DNA of 32,000 bases, taken from Candidatus Iainarchaeum sp. GTDB lineage: Archaea > Iainarchaeota > Iainarchaeia > Iainarchaeales > 0-14-0-20-30-16. The position numbers and the translations under genes are program-made. The stretch lies in assembly GCA_028710695.1 (NCBI GenBank), contig JAQTTP010000004.1, positions 1 through 32,000 of the forward strand, written 5' to 3'. Positions 1-9,070 of this stretch are shown here, piece by piece. The notes under the pieces are model-generated. The model saw only the letters and a list, made by a program, of their open reading frames with translations. It did not search any database and had not been told where the DNA came from. Within the stretch, counting starts at the first letter, position 1; every line of letters begins with the position of its first letter.

Positions 1-379
1 CTCTTATGTAAACATTATCTGCACACATAAGATTGTTCCCAATTTCTATTCCTGCTCTTGCAAGTATAGAACTGTTTTCATTTAAGAAACAGCCTTTGCC
101 AATCTTTAATGGGCCTCTTGTGCTTATGTAACATCCAGTTCTTACTGTAAGTTCTTTTATGTCAATAGTTCCTTTTCCAACTACTTTTATTATCACTGGT
201 TCTAACGCAAAGATATTTTTTGAATTTACTTCTGTATCTAAAGTATTGATTCTAATTTGGTCTAATGGAACATCATAATCAAAATAAATAGGAATGCCTT
301 TTCCAAGTTTTTTTATTCTTCTTTTTACTGGAATACTTCTTAATTTAATTTTCAATTTTTGAAAGAAATTGTCAAACAT
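1..379 (-). CDS. Hexapeptide-repeat (left-handed beta-helix) acyltransferase, 3' end outside window
   Basis: Reverse-strand frame open from ATG at 379 to window edge: MFDNFFQKLKIKLRSIPVKRIKKLGKGIPIYFDYDVPLDQIRINTLDTEVNSKNIFALEPVIIKVVGKGTIDIKELTVRTGCYISTRGPLKIGKGCFLNENSSILARAGIEIGNNLMCADNVYIR; hexad [LIV]GxxxxI periodicity (KIGKGCFLNENSSI, EIGNNLMCADNVYI). Not in the ORF track because it runs off the window. Confidence 0.65.
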   Translation of the reverse strand, partial: MFDNFFQKLKIKLRSIPVKRRIKKLGKGIPIYFDYDVPLDQIRINTLDTEVNSKNIFALEPVIIKVVGKGTIDIKELTVRTGCYISTRGPLKIGKGCFLNENSSILARAGIEIGNNLMCADNVYIR

Positions 380-420
380 AAATAAAAAAAGGGAAAGAAC
401 TAATTTATTCTTTGCTATTT

Positions 421-1245
421 TTATGCGTCTAAATTTACTTCTCCAAAAGCAGAGTACATGCGTTCAAATCTGTCTATTAATTTTTCTGGGTCTGTTTCGT
501 GTAAAACATCAGAAAAAATCCTTTCACGTTCTGATACGTCTATATTATTTTCAGCTAAGCTTTGAAGATAAATTAAAACGATGTGGCTTTTGTTACCAAG
601 CCCTATAAGTTTGTTTAGCATAGCCAAGATGTTCTTTAAATTGTATTTATTTGTGCCTTTTATAAAGTCAAATAAACCCCCTATACGTAATAAAACTACA
701 TGTGCGTTACTGCCAGAGTTAGATAATATATTAAAAAGTAGATCGCTTGCTTTTTTTCTGTCTCCATCCTTGAATTCATGTAAATATCTTACAAAGTTCC
801 GCATATTTATTTGTGTAAAAATGTAATGGCCAACTGCCGGGTTTTTTCTAATAATATTCATAAATCTAGAAAAAACTTTTTGTCTTTCTTTTGGGTTATA
901 CTCCGCCAATACTGATTTTAAATTAGGCAAAAGATCAGAAGTAACTTTTGCAAATCCTTTAGATAAGCTTAAAACAGATAACAGTTCTAATAAAGCGGGA
1001 ATCCTTGCTTTTATTGGGAGGTCTCTAACTACCGCGAGGCAGGAATTTATTCTGAAGTCAGCGGTCTGCATTCTAACTGTTCTATATTCTGAATCTATTT
1101 TACAATATATTTCTAATTTTCTTTTTAAGTCTCCAGAACTTTTGTGTAAAAGATCAAGCATTTCATGTATTGTTGTTTTATCGTGGTTTTCTAAGACGTG
1201 GTAATTAAAGGGGTTTGTTTTTCTTTCTTTGCCCCACGCCTTCAT
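421..1245 (-). CDS. Hypothetical alpha-helical protein
   Basis: 274-aa ORF upstream-adjacent to proS on the same strand; no family recognised. Confidence 0.6.
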   Translation of the reverse strand: MKAWGKERKTNPFNYHVLENHDKTTIHEMLDLLHKSSGDLKRKLEIYCKIDSEYRTVRMQTADFRINSCLAVVRDLPIKARIPALLELLSVLSLSKGFAKVTSDLLPNLKSVLAEYNPKERQKVFSRFMNIIRKNPAVGHYIFTQINMRNFVRYLHEFKDGDRKKASDLLFNILSNSGSNAHVVLLRIGGLFDFIKGTNKYNLKNILAMLNKLIGLGNKSHIVLIYLQSLAENNIDVSERERIFSDVLHETDPEKLIDRFERMYSAFGEVNLDA

Positions 1246-1255
1246 TTAATCCCCT

Positions 1256-2695
1256 CTAGTATCCTCTTCCTATGTAAACATAGTGTTTTGCTGGCTTTCC
1301 AGAAGCAATACAAAGTTCTTTTGGTGCTGTTTCTTTTGTAAGAATTATCCCTTTTATTTCTGCCCCTGTTTTTTCTTTGATCATGTCAGCATATTTTTCT
1401 CCATCTTTATCTATTGAGCAAAATGGTGCTCTTACAACTTTGTTGCTTTCAAGAGCTTTTTCTAAAGCTTTCATATCTTTTACTTCAACAATGTTTTCTG
1501 TAAATGCTTTTTCTGCCTGGTTTTTTAAGTTTGAAGTAAACTCTTTTGCAATCTTGGAAATTGTTTTTGTTAGATCTTTTTCTAGAATGAATTCTTTTGA
1601 GTTTAGATCTCTTCTGAAAATTCCAACTTTTTTATTTTCAATATCTCTTGGCCCGATTTCAATTCTTATTGGAACCCCCTTCATTTCCCAGAAATAGAAT
1701 TTTTCTCCAGGTGTTTTTTGGGTATTATCATCCAATATAACTTCGTAAGTTTTTGAAAGTTTTTTGTAAATATCTTTTACTTTCTTCAGAACTTCTTTTT
1801 CCTTTCCTTTTATTAAAACAGGAACAATCACAATTTGCTTTGGTGCGATTTCAAAAGGGAATCTTAATCCTTTATTATCTCCGTGGATTGCAACTATAGT
1901 TCCAAATTCTCTGCTTATTCCTGGACCATAACATGTTAGATGTGCTAAATTGTCTTTCCCATTTTCGTCCTTATATTTCACATCAAATGCTTTTGCAAAG
2001 CTAGTTCCTAGATAGTGGGTTGTTGCTGTTTGCAGGAATTTTCCATTTTGAGTTATTGTATCTGCTGCATAAGTGTTAACTGCTCCAGCAAATTTATCCC
2101 ACTGTGGTCTTTGCAAAAACAAAACAGGAATTCCAAAAACGTTTGTTATAACTTCTTTAGTTGTTTCCATGTCTTCTTGGATCTGCTCTAATGCTGCTTT
2201 TTCGTCTCTAAAAGCACAATGAGTTTCTATCCATAAGAATTCTCTTCCTCTTAGGAATGGTCTTGTTGCTTTTGTTTCATATCTATATACTGATCCGCTT
2301 TGGTATCTTTTGTATGGTAGATCATTGTAGCTTCTAATCCATAGACTGTACATTTGATAGAATGCTGTTTCTGATGTTGGTCTTAATGCTAATTTTTCTT
2401 CTAGTTTTTCTTTATCTCCATGTTCTGTAACCCAGAATACTTCTGGCGTAAATCCTTTAACATGTTCAGCTTCTTTGTAAAAATTTTGTTCAGGTATAAC
2501 TACCGGCATAAATAGAGGCATATGGTTCTTCTTGTTTAAAACACTTTCAAAAATGTTGTACATTTTCTTTAGAGACATGGCACACCATTCTCTGTATATC
2601 ACAAAACCCTTTACATTGTATCTGTCATCAACAAGCTCAGTTTCTCTAATAAGCTCATTGAACCATTCGTTCATGTTTTCCTCTTTTTTTTGCAT
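1256..2695 (-). CDS. proS: Prolyl-tRNA synthetase (archaeal/eukaryal type)
   Basis: 479 aa; class II aaRS motifs: LFMPVVIPEQNFYKEAEHVKGFTPEVFWVT, LALRPTSETAFYQMYSLWIRSYNDLP, RPFLRGREFLWIETHCAF. Confidence 0.96.
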   Translation of the reverse strand: MQKKEENMNEWFNELIRETELVDDRYNVKGFVIYREWCAMSLKKMYNIFESVLNKKNHMPLFMPVVIPEQNFYKEAEHVKGFTPEVFWVTEHGDKEKLEEKLALRPTSETAFYQMYSLWIRSYNDLPYKRYQSGSVYRYETKATRPFLRGREFLWIETHCAFRDEKAALEQIQEDMETTKEVITNVFGIPVLFLQRPQWDKFAGAVNTYAADTITQNGKFLQTATTHYLGTSFAKAFDVKYKDENGKDNLAHLTCYGPGISREFGTIVAIHGDNKGLRFPFEIAPKQIVIVPVLIKGKEKEVLKKVKDIYKKLSKTYEVILDDNTQKTPGEKFYFWEMKGVPIRIEIGPRDIENKKVGIFRRDLNSKEFILEKDLTKTISKIAKEFTSNLKNQAEKAFTENIVEVKDMKALEKALESNKVVRAPFCSIDKDGEKYADMIKEKTGAEIKGIILTKETAPKELCIASGKPAKHYVYIGRGY

Positions 2696-2752
2696 GTTAT
2701 ACCCTCCATTGCCATATAGTTATAAGAATAAGTTATGTTTGCTTTTTAATTG

Positions 2753-3502
2753 TTATCTTAGCCTTCGGATTCTTGCTGCTTCGTAAAATGTGTTTTGGTC
2801 AATAGAAAAATTTGGATTTTCTTTAGCAAAATTTTTAAGAATCGGAATTAATTCTATGTCTTCATCATGTAAATCAAATTGGATATATGCAACTCCATCT
2901 ACTGATAAAGAATGTAAAATTTTTTTTAGGGCTGTCTCTCTTTGTGTTGTGTATCTTGTTCCGCCAAAAAAAGAAACAATAACATCATATTCTTGCTTTG
3001 GGAGAAAAGTAGATATTTCTGCTTGATAGATTTTATCAACTCTGCCTTCCTGGTGTGCCTGTTTTAGTGCGTGGGTTGTTGAAAGGACAAGGGCATGTGT
3101 TTCAACTTTATCTCCAAATTCTCTTTTGAGTTCTGCTAATGCTTGTCCATATCCAGCACCCACATCTAGAACACGTACTCTCCCTTTTTTTCCTATTTCT
3201 GAACCAACAATATCTAAAAAAGTAAGTGACCTTGTTTCGCCCCTTCTTCTATAATAAAAAGCATAATAATCTTCTATTGGTCTGTGACCATACCTTTTGC
3301 CTTCGCCAGCCCCTCTCCATTGGGGGTAGCCAGTTTCACGTCTATCCACTTTTCTAAAATGGCTTATTCTTGATTTTAATATTTCTCTTTGTTCAGGATC
3401 TAAAAGGATTTCTTTTAATCTCTCGTGTGCTCTTTGAATACCATTATTTAGAAAAAGGTTATGTTTTCTGGGTATTGGTTTTCTTTGTGGCTCTTTAGGC
3501 AT
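2753..3502 (-). CDS. Class I SAM-dependent methyltransferase-like protein (dispersed paralog 1)
   Basis: RVRVLDVGAGYGQALAELKREFGDKVETHAL (motif I) and EYDVIVSFFGG; shares N-terminal FLNNGIQRAHERLKEI block with paralogs at 9067-9816 and 14524-15216. Confidence 0.75.
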   Translation of the reverse strand: MPKEPQRKPIPRKHNLFLNNGIQRAHERLKEILLDPEQREILKSRISHFRKVDRRETGYPQWRGAGEGKRYGHRPIEDYYAFYYRRRGETRSLTFLDIVGSEIGKKGRVRVLDVGAGYGQALAELKREFGDKVETHALVLSTTHALKQAHQEGRVDKIYQAEISTFLPKQEYDVIVSFFGGTRYTTQRETALKKILHSLSVDGVAYIQFDLHDEDIELIPILKNFAKENPNFSIDQNTFYEAARIRRLR

Positions 3503-3626
3503 GTAAAATAATTGCTTTGGAGATATATAAGAATATGCAAAATTAGGGCATATGATGGAAAGGTATATATATACATATTATACAAACAATAAATATAAAA
3601 TAATTGAACCAATGAGAGGTGTTTAA

Positions 3627-3791
3627 ATGAGCGAGCTTGAGATTTGTAAATGCTACGATGAAGACAGCGAGTCAGATGATACGGATTTTGACAGCGACGA
3701 CGATTCAGATAGTGATTGGGACGATGATGTTTCAGACGACGACTCAGATGATTCAGATTTCGATTCAGACGACTCAGATTCAGGGGATTAA
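3627..3791 (+). CDS. Small extremely acidic Asp/Ser-rich protein (54 aa)
   Basis: ATG preceded by gaggtg Shine-Dalgarno-like sequence; continuous frame MSELEICKCYDEDSESDDTDFDSDDDSDSDWDDDVSDDDSDDSDFDSDDSDSGD then TAA. Below the ORF-track length cutoff. Confidence 0.6.
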   Translation: MSELEICKCYDEDSESDDTDFDSDDDSDSDWDDDVSDDDSDDSDFDSDDSDSGD

Positions 3792-3874
3792 ACCAATCCT
3801 CTCTTTCTAATTTTTATTTCTAATTATTAATTGTTTACTGCAAGCCTTATATAGTTTAAATAACTTATACTATA

Positions 3875-5368
3875 ATGCAAGAAAACTTAGGGCAGATCAT
3901 ATCTTTTCAGGGAACACCTTCTACTTCGAAAGCATATTTTGTGCTGAATAATGGCGAAGTAAACAGAGGTCAGTTCTTGAAAATAAAAAACAAGAAAGGA
4001 TTTTTCTTTTGCTTTGTGAATGATATTTTTAGGAGTAATCCTTATTTTGAAAATGCTATGCATGTAAACGAAGATACCTCAAATACTTTTCCAGTAGAAG
4101 ACTGGCATAGCACAATAGTTGAATTGAAAATTCTTGGCTTTTTGAAAACAGGAAAAATATGTAGGGTTTCTTTTCCACCATATCCTGGAGAAAATGTAAC
4201 TTTGCCAACAAGAGAAGAACTTGAGCTTTTCTTGGGATTAATAGAAAATGGATTAGAGCTTGGAACAATAGAAAATACGGACGCGGCTGTTAAAGTAGAT
4301 GTATCTAAATTATTGCAAAAGCACCTAGCAATACTTGCAATGTCGGGGGCAGGAAAATCTTATTTTGTTTCAGTTCTTCTTGAAGAGCTTTTGGATAAAT
4401 CTAAGTTGGGAATAGTTCTTTTTGATGTACATGGTGAGTACAAACATTTTGCAAGGCCAACAAATGAATTCAAAGATTATTCTAATAAAACAAAAGTTAT
4501 TGACTGCTCGAAATTTAAGATTGCAATAGATTCAATAGGAATAATTACAAGGCTTATACCTGATTTGAGTGAAGTTCAAAAGAGGGCTTTAGTAAAAATA
4601 ATTTCTGAACTTAGAGATGAAGTCAAAGACTCTGGGCTTTTTACTGTTGGAAATATAATTGAAAGGGTAGACAGCGAGGAACTAAAGCTTGCTGTTAATG
4701 TAAGAGATTCTTTGATTGCGAAATTGAGGCATATAGATTCCTTGGATCTGTTTGGAAAGACAAGCAACCTTGATGTGGATATGGTTTCTGCAAATACTTT
4801 AACTATTCTAGACTTGTCAAATGTTTTGGATATGCAAAGAAAGCAATTGATTGTGTCATATATAACTGAATTTTTATTTAATTCAAGGCTTAAAGGAACT
4901 GTGATTCCGCACCTGATTATTTTGGAAGAAGCACATCAATTTATACCTGAAAAAGCATCTTCTGATTATGCAATTGCGAGGCATATCTTTGAAACAATTG
5001 CAAGAGAGGGAAGAAAGTTTGGATCTGCATTGTGTTTGGTTTCACAGAGGCCAATAAATCTTTCAACAACTGTTTTGAGTCAGTGTAATACTCATGTTTT
5101 TTTGAGAATAATAAATCCAAATGATTTGAAGCATATCTCGGAATCAAGTGAGGGTTTGGATTATAAGACTACAGAGTTCATAACTGGATTGAGGGTTGGG
5201 GAAGCATTAATGGTTGGAAATGCAGTGAAATATCCTGTTTTCTTTAAAGTGCGAGAAAAGAAGAGCCAACCCCAAGAATATGATTTTACTTTGGAAGAAA
5301 TGGCAGAGAAGTTCACAAAGAAAAAGGACAAGAAAGAGAAAGATTTAGATTTATATCTGGGGATTTGA
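3875..5368 (+). CDS. HerA-like ATPase/helicase (DUF87/HerA-FtsK superfamily)
   Basis: Walker A LAMSGAGKSYFVS, Walker B TVIPHLIILEEAHQF, GRKFGSALCLVSQRP sensor, N-terminal beta-barrel-like GQIISFQGTPSTSKAYFVLNNGEVNRGQF. Confidence 0.85.
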   Translation: MQENLGQIISFQGTPSTSKAYFVLNNGEVNRGQFLKIKNKKGFFFCFVNDIFRSNPYFENAMHVNEDTSNTFPVEDWHSTIVELKILGFLKTGKICRVSFPPYPGENVTLPTREELELFLGLIENGLELGTIENTDAAVKVDVSKLLQKHLAILAMSGAGKSYFVSVLLEELLDKSKLGIVLFDVHGEYKHFARPTNEFKDYSNKTKVIDCSKFKIAIDSIGIITRLIPDLSEVQKRALVKIISELRDEVKDSGLFTVGNIIERVDSEELKLAVNVRDSLIAKLRHIDSLDLFGKTSNLDVDMVSANTLTILDLSNVLDMQRKQLIVSYITEFLFNSRLKGTVIPHLIILEEAHQFIPEKASSDYAIARHIFETIAREGRKFGSALCLVSQRPINLSTTVLSQCNTHVFLRIINPNDLKHISESSEGLDYKTTEFITGLRVGEALMVGNAVKYPVFFKVREKKSQPQEYDFTLEEMAEKFTKKKDKKEKDLDLYLGI

Positions 5369-5788
5369 ATGGGGCGAATAAACTCAAAAAAGAAAGGAAA
5401 TAGATTCGAGCTTGAAGTCTCCAAGACCTTAATTAAGATTACTGGTGCAGAGTGGTACAGAGTTGGAGTAAGCTCTGGCGCAAGATTTACAAAGCAGGGA
5501 ATAGAGTCATTTCAAGGGGATATCTTAACTGAAAATCCAGAATATCGCGGAATCATAATTGAATGTAAAGCAACAAAAGACAGAATAAGTATGGAAGATC
5601 TTGCAAATAAGAAATCCAGGTTTTGGGAATGGATTGAGCAAGTTGAGGGCGAATCTCCAGGAAAGGAATGGGTTCTAATCTTCAAAGCTAATAATGGCAA
5701 AGTGTTCTTTGTAAGCAAAGGAGAGAATAAGATTACTGGGAAACTAAAAGTACTGACAAAAATAGAAAATTATATTATTTTTTATTGA
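5369..5788 (+). CDS. PD-(D/E)XK nuclease, Holliday-junction-resolvase (Hjc)-like
   Basis: GNRFELEVSKTL...GVSSGARFTKQGIESFQGDILTENPEYRGIIIECKA: catalytic E, D and ExK; start codon immediately follows HerA-like stop (TGAATG). Confidence 0.75.
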   Translation: MGRINSKKKGNRFELEVSKTLIKITGAEWYRVGVSSGARFTKQGIESFQGDILTENPEYRGIIIECKATKDRISMEDLANKKSRFWEWIEQVEGESPGKEWVLIFKANNGKVFFVSKGENKITGKLKVLTKIENYIIFY

Positions 5789-6584
5789 AATTGTTATTTG
5801 CTTTATTGACTCCATTATGTAATTCAAATAATATTTTTTCTAAATTTTCTGATTTTTCTAAAACATCTCCGCAAATAACTAAATTTGATCCTGCTTTAAG
5901 AATAGAATACACCTGATCCGCTGTTTTTATTCCTCCACCAACAGTAATGATTCCATTAAATTTCTGTCTGATTATATTAATTATCTTTTCTGGAACTGGT
6001 TGGTCTGCCCCGGATCCTGCTTCTAAAGAAATAGTTTTAAATCCAAGGCCTATTGCTTCATTATAATAAGAAATTGCTTTGTCATATTCTTCTCTTCCAA
6101 TAATATCTGGATTTGTTACTTTCCCGACAGTTAATTGGTCTGCCGGCTCAATTAATAAATAAGCCATATAAATTGGAATAATGCCTTTTTTAGTTAATTC
6201 ATTAATTTGGGGCTTTACAATTTTTGTAAACTCTTCTTTGAAATAGGGGTTCTTTGAGTTTAATAGGGCACAAATAATTACAAAACCAAAATTGTCACTA
6301 AGTACCTCGTGCTTTGGGGGTAACAAACCAATTCGTTTTTTATCGTATCCTAGACTTTGTAATTTTGTTGACAACTTTGATGCATTTTCTTTAGTTACTC
6401 CTGTAGAACCGCTTATAATAATGCAATTATAACAGTCTCGCCATTTGACGATTTGTTCTAAATGTGAGGCATATTTTTTGTCAGGATCTGTCCAGATATT
6501 AGTTCTGTCAGCATCAAGGTATAATGCCAAACCCTTATTTGTCTTTAATTCAGGACAGACATCTTGAATTGATTTGCTTTGCAT
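5775..6584 (-). CDS. Geranylgeranylglyceryl phosphate synthase family (GGGP synthase / PcrB-like)
   Basis: GLALYLDADRTN, ISLEAGSGADQPVP, IITVGGGIKTADQVYSILKAGSNLVICGD. Track ORF starts at 6680 but MQSKSI at 6584 avoids overlap with the divergent gene and is the better start. Confidence 0.87.
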   Translation of the reverse strand: MQSKSIQDVCPELKTNKGLALYLDADRTNIWTDPDKKYASHLEQIVKWRDCYNCIIISGSTGVTKENASKLSTKLQSLGYDKKRIGLLPPKHEVLSDNFGFVIICALLNSKNPYFKEEFTKIVKPQINELTKKGIIPIYMAYLLIEPADQLTVGKVTNPDIIGREEYDKAISYYNEAIGLGFKTISLEAGSGADQPVPEKIINIIRQKFNGIITVGGGIKTADQVYSILKAGSNLVICGDVLEKSENLEKILFELHNGVNKANNNFNKK

Positions 6585-6637
6585 AATAATCAAAATGAAC
6601 AAATAACTTATAAAACCAATTCCCCTTAATTTTTTAT

Positions 6638-7102
6638 ATGAACCAATATGAAGAAAAAATGAAACAATTCTTAAAAGCAAATAATATTACTGCTGAATTC
6701 TTGAGTTTTAATCAGTCTTGCCATACAGTAGAAGAAGCAGCAAACTCTTTGGGCACAAGTGTGGATAACCTTGTGAAGAATATCTGCTTGATTGGTTCTG
6801 ATGGAGAAACAATTATTGGGATTGTTAATGGCAAAGACAGAGCAAGCACCTCTCAGATAAGTAAATCTTTGGGGATTCCAAGGCCAAGGCTTGCCACTCC
6901 GGAAGAAATCTTAGAAAGAACTGGATATCCTTGTGGAGGTACTCCTTCCTTTGGATATAAAGCGAGATTTCTAATAGATCCAAAAGTTATGGAAAAAGAA
7001 TATATTTACACAAGTGGTGGTTCTGAAACCTCTTTAATGAGAATCTTAACAAAAGAGTTACAAAAGGCTAATGGCGGGGAAGTAGTTAAGATTAGGAAGT
7101 AA
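6638..7102 (+). CDS. YbaK/ProX-family aminoacyl-tRNA deacylase
   Basis: LGTSVDNLVKNICLIGSDGETIIGIVNGKDRASTSQISKSLGIPRPRLATPEEILERTGYPCGGTPSFGYKARFLID; conserved Lys and GYPCGGTPSFG. An internal start at about 6659 is possible. Confidence 0.9.
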   Translation: MNQYEEKMKQFLKANNITAEFLSFNQSCHTVEEAANSLGTSVDNLVKNICLIGSDGETIIGIVNGKDRASTSQISKSLGIPRPRLATPEEILERTGYPCGGTPSFGYKARFLIDPKVMEKEYIYTSGGSETSLMRILTKELQKANGGEVVKIRK

Positions 7103-7132
7103 TTATTTATAGATCTGTATATTATTAATATT

Positions 7133-9070
7133 ATGGATATAGAAAAGTACTTTTGGATCATTCTTGTTGTTCTGTTTTTTTCCGTATTTTTTGTACTTGT
7201 CAATCTTAATACTAATCAAGTTACGCAAGGTAATTCCGCACTAGATTCTTATTTATTTTTTGATTTGAATAAATTAAAATTTAACGTTTCAAATATATCT
7301 GATAAATTTGGTTTTTTTATTGCCCCCCAAAAAATAACTCTTACTTTTAGATCTTCGAATATTTTTATTAAAGGCAAGACATATAAAACTAAAGTTTATT
7401 CTCAATGTAATGTGATGATAGATGATATAAATTATTTTATTCTTGAGACAGGAGATATAATTGATATTGGACAAAATTGGTATAGATTCAATAAACAGGG
7501 CTGTTATTTTGAGAAACATTCTGGGGATGGGAATTATTTTATAGGCCCAAGTTCGAAAATTACTTTAAATAATGGGGTTTCTGTAGAAATAAAAAAAATA
7601 TTTGAAAATCCTCTTTTTGGGTATGAAAAAGTAATTTTAGATGTATATTCTGTCTTTTCAGTAAATGGAAAAAGACTTTCTGCCGCTCCTCTAAAGTTGA
7701 GGCTAGTGTCTTATCCATCTGTGTCTACTTGGGATAAATATCGTTTTTCTGGATACGGTTCAGTAGTATCTTTAGATAATGGAAATAATACTCTTGACAT
7801 AAAGAAAATAGATTCTTTTAATTTGTCTGCAGTGGGCCCAATAACATATTATCGATTAAGTTTTTTTAGTCCTGAGGCAGTTGGGGCTGTAGAGTCATCA
7901 TTGGACTTATACGATTTTTGTTTGTCTAAAGAGAATAATAATTACAAAAAATGTTTATATCTGTTACCATATGTTCCTCGTGAAAGCGAAATTTTCACAT
8001 CTAATGAAAATTTTTCCTTTATTTATCCAGCAACTTTGAAAAATCCGGAATATACTCTAAAACAATTTAATAACTGTTATAACTTTGTGAGTAGCAAGCT
8101 TAACACAACCCCTCTATTTATGCCGATCCCCGTTCGTATTTTGCCAGAGTTATTGGCTCAAGGGGCCGCACCAGGGTTTACTAATCAAGATACAGGCATT
8201 TATATTGCACCAGTAAGTTATGATTCAAATTTATGTTCCGCTCCATTTATTGCCCATGAGCTTGTGCATTATTTTCTTATGCCAAATAATATAGAAACCA
8301 TATACAGCGAAGGAATTGCATCATATATCGAAAACCAAGTGATTGATCTTAAACAAATTATTCTTCGTAATTCAGATGTGAACATTGGCTTTAGTTCTCC
8401 ATTTTATTACAATGGTACTTTAGGGTTGATGCTGTCTTCTTTGAATGGTATGTTTTCGACACCCCACATTATAATTGACTATGGTTACAAAACCATTGTT
8501 AATACAAACCCTTCTTGGAATAAGATCGCGAGTATACCTGTGGATGTTGGTTTTGGAGGAACAAATATAATGGATGATCTTGTAGCCCCGATAATTCACT
8601 TTAAGTCTGTTAATTCAAGTAACAATACTGTAATTATAGATATTTATGACAAAAATATTCTTACCACAAAACTGGGTTGTGGATCTGACTATTTTGTTCA
8701 AACCAAAGGATGGATTTCTGATTTAAATGAAGTAATTCTTGCAGATGTATCAATTGCTCCGCATATCAGTTATACTGAATTAGATAAATTTGAAGCGACA
8801 GTTAATCCATATCCCGCTTTACATCATTATTATACCTCTGCGTGTTTTTTTGAATTACTTGACGTTAATCTTGGATTGCCTAAAGTTGTGCAAAAAATAA
8901 AAACACATTCTTCTATGGCAGATCAGGGTTTTTACTTTTTAGACTATCTTTCAGAAAAAGGACTTGATGTAAATTATTTAACTGGTGTTTTTGGGCTTGG
9001 TCCAAATGTAAACACTAAACCTTATGCTGATAGTTTTCAAGGGGATATAGGAAAATATTATGAAAATTAG
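7133..9070 (+). CDS. Membrane-anchored putative zinc metallopeptidase (gluzincin-like HExxH)
   Basis: N-terminal TM segment FWIILVVLFFSVFFVLVNL; APFIAHELVHYFLMPNNIETIYSEGIASYIENQ. Confidence 0.6.
   Translation: MDIEKYFWIILVVLFFSVFFVLVNLNTNQVTQGNSALDSYLFFDLNKLKFNVSNISDKFGFFIAPQKITLTFRSSNIFIKGKTYKTKVYSQCNVMIDDINYFILETGDIIDIGQNWYRFNKQGCYFEKHSGDGNYFIGPSSKITLNNGVSVEIKKIFENPLFGYEKVILDVYSVFSVNGKRLSAAPLKLRLVSYPSVSTWDKYRFSGYGSVVSLDNGNNTLDIKKIDSFNLSAVGPITYYRLSFFSPEAVGAVESSLDLYDFCLSKENNNYKKCLYLLPYVPRESEIFTSNENFSFIYPATLKNPEYTLKQFNNCYNFVSSKLNTTPLFMPIPVRILPELLAQGAAPGFTNQDTGIYIAPVSYDSNLCSAPFIAHELVHYFLMPNNIETIYSEGIASYIENQVIDLKQIILRNSDVNIGFSSPFYYNGTLGLMLSSLNGMFSTPHIIIDYGYKTIVNTNPSWNKIASIPVDVGFGGTNIMDDLVAPIIHFKSVNSSNNTVIIDIYDKNILTTKLGCGSDYFVQTKGWISDLNEVILADVSIAPHISYTELDKFEATVNPYPALHHYYTSACFFELLDVNLGLPKVVQKIKTHSSMADQGFYFLDYLSEKGLDVNYLTGVFGLGPNVNTKPYADSFQGDIGKYYEN

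Noticed and set aside
369-826. Plus-strand ORFs 369-608 and 581-826
   Set aside because: Antisense to the 274-aa minus-strand ORF, no motifs, biased composition.
3640-3790. GAT/TCA-rich tract as a tandem DNA repeat or CRISPR-like array
   Set aside because: No fixed period or spacers; explained by Asp/Ser codons in an open frame with a ribosome binding site.
3875-5788. Classical HerA-NurA resection operon
   Set aside because: The partner lacks NurA-like length and motifs and looks like a small PD-(D/E)XK resolvase-type nuclease.
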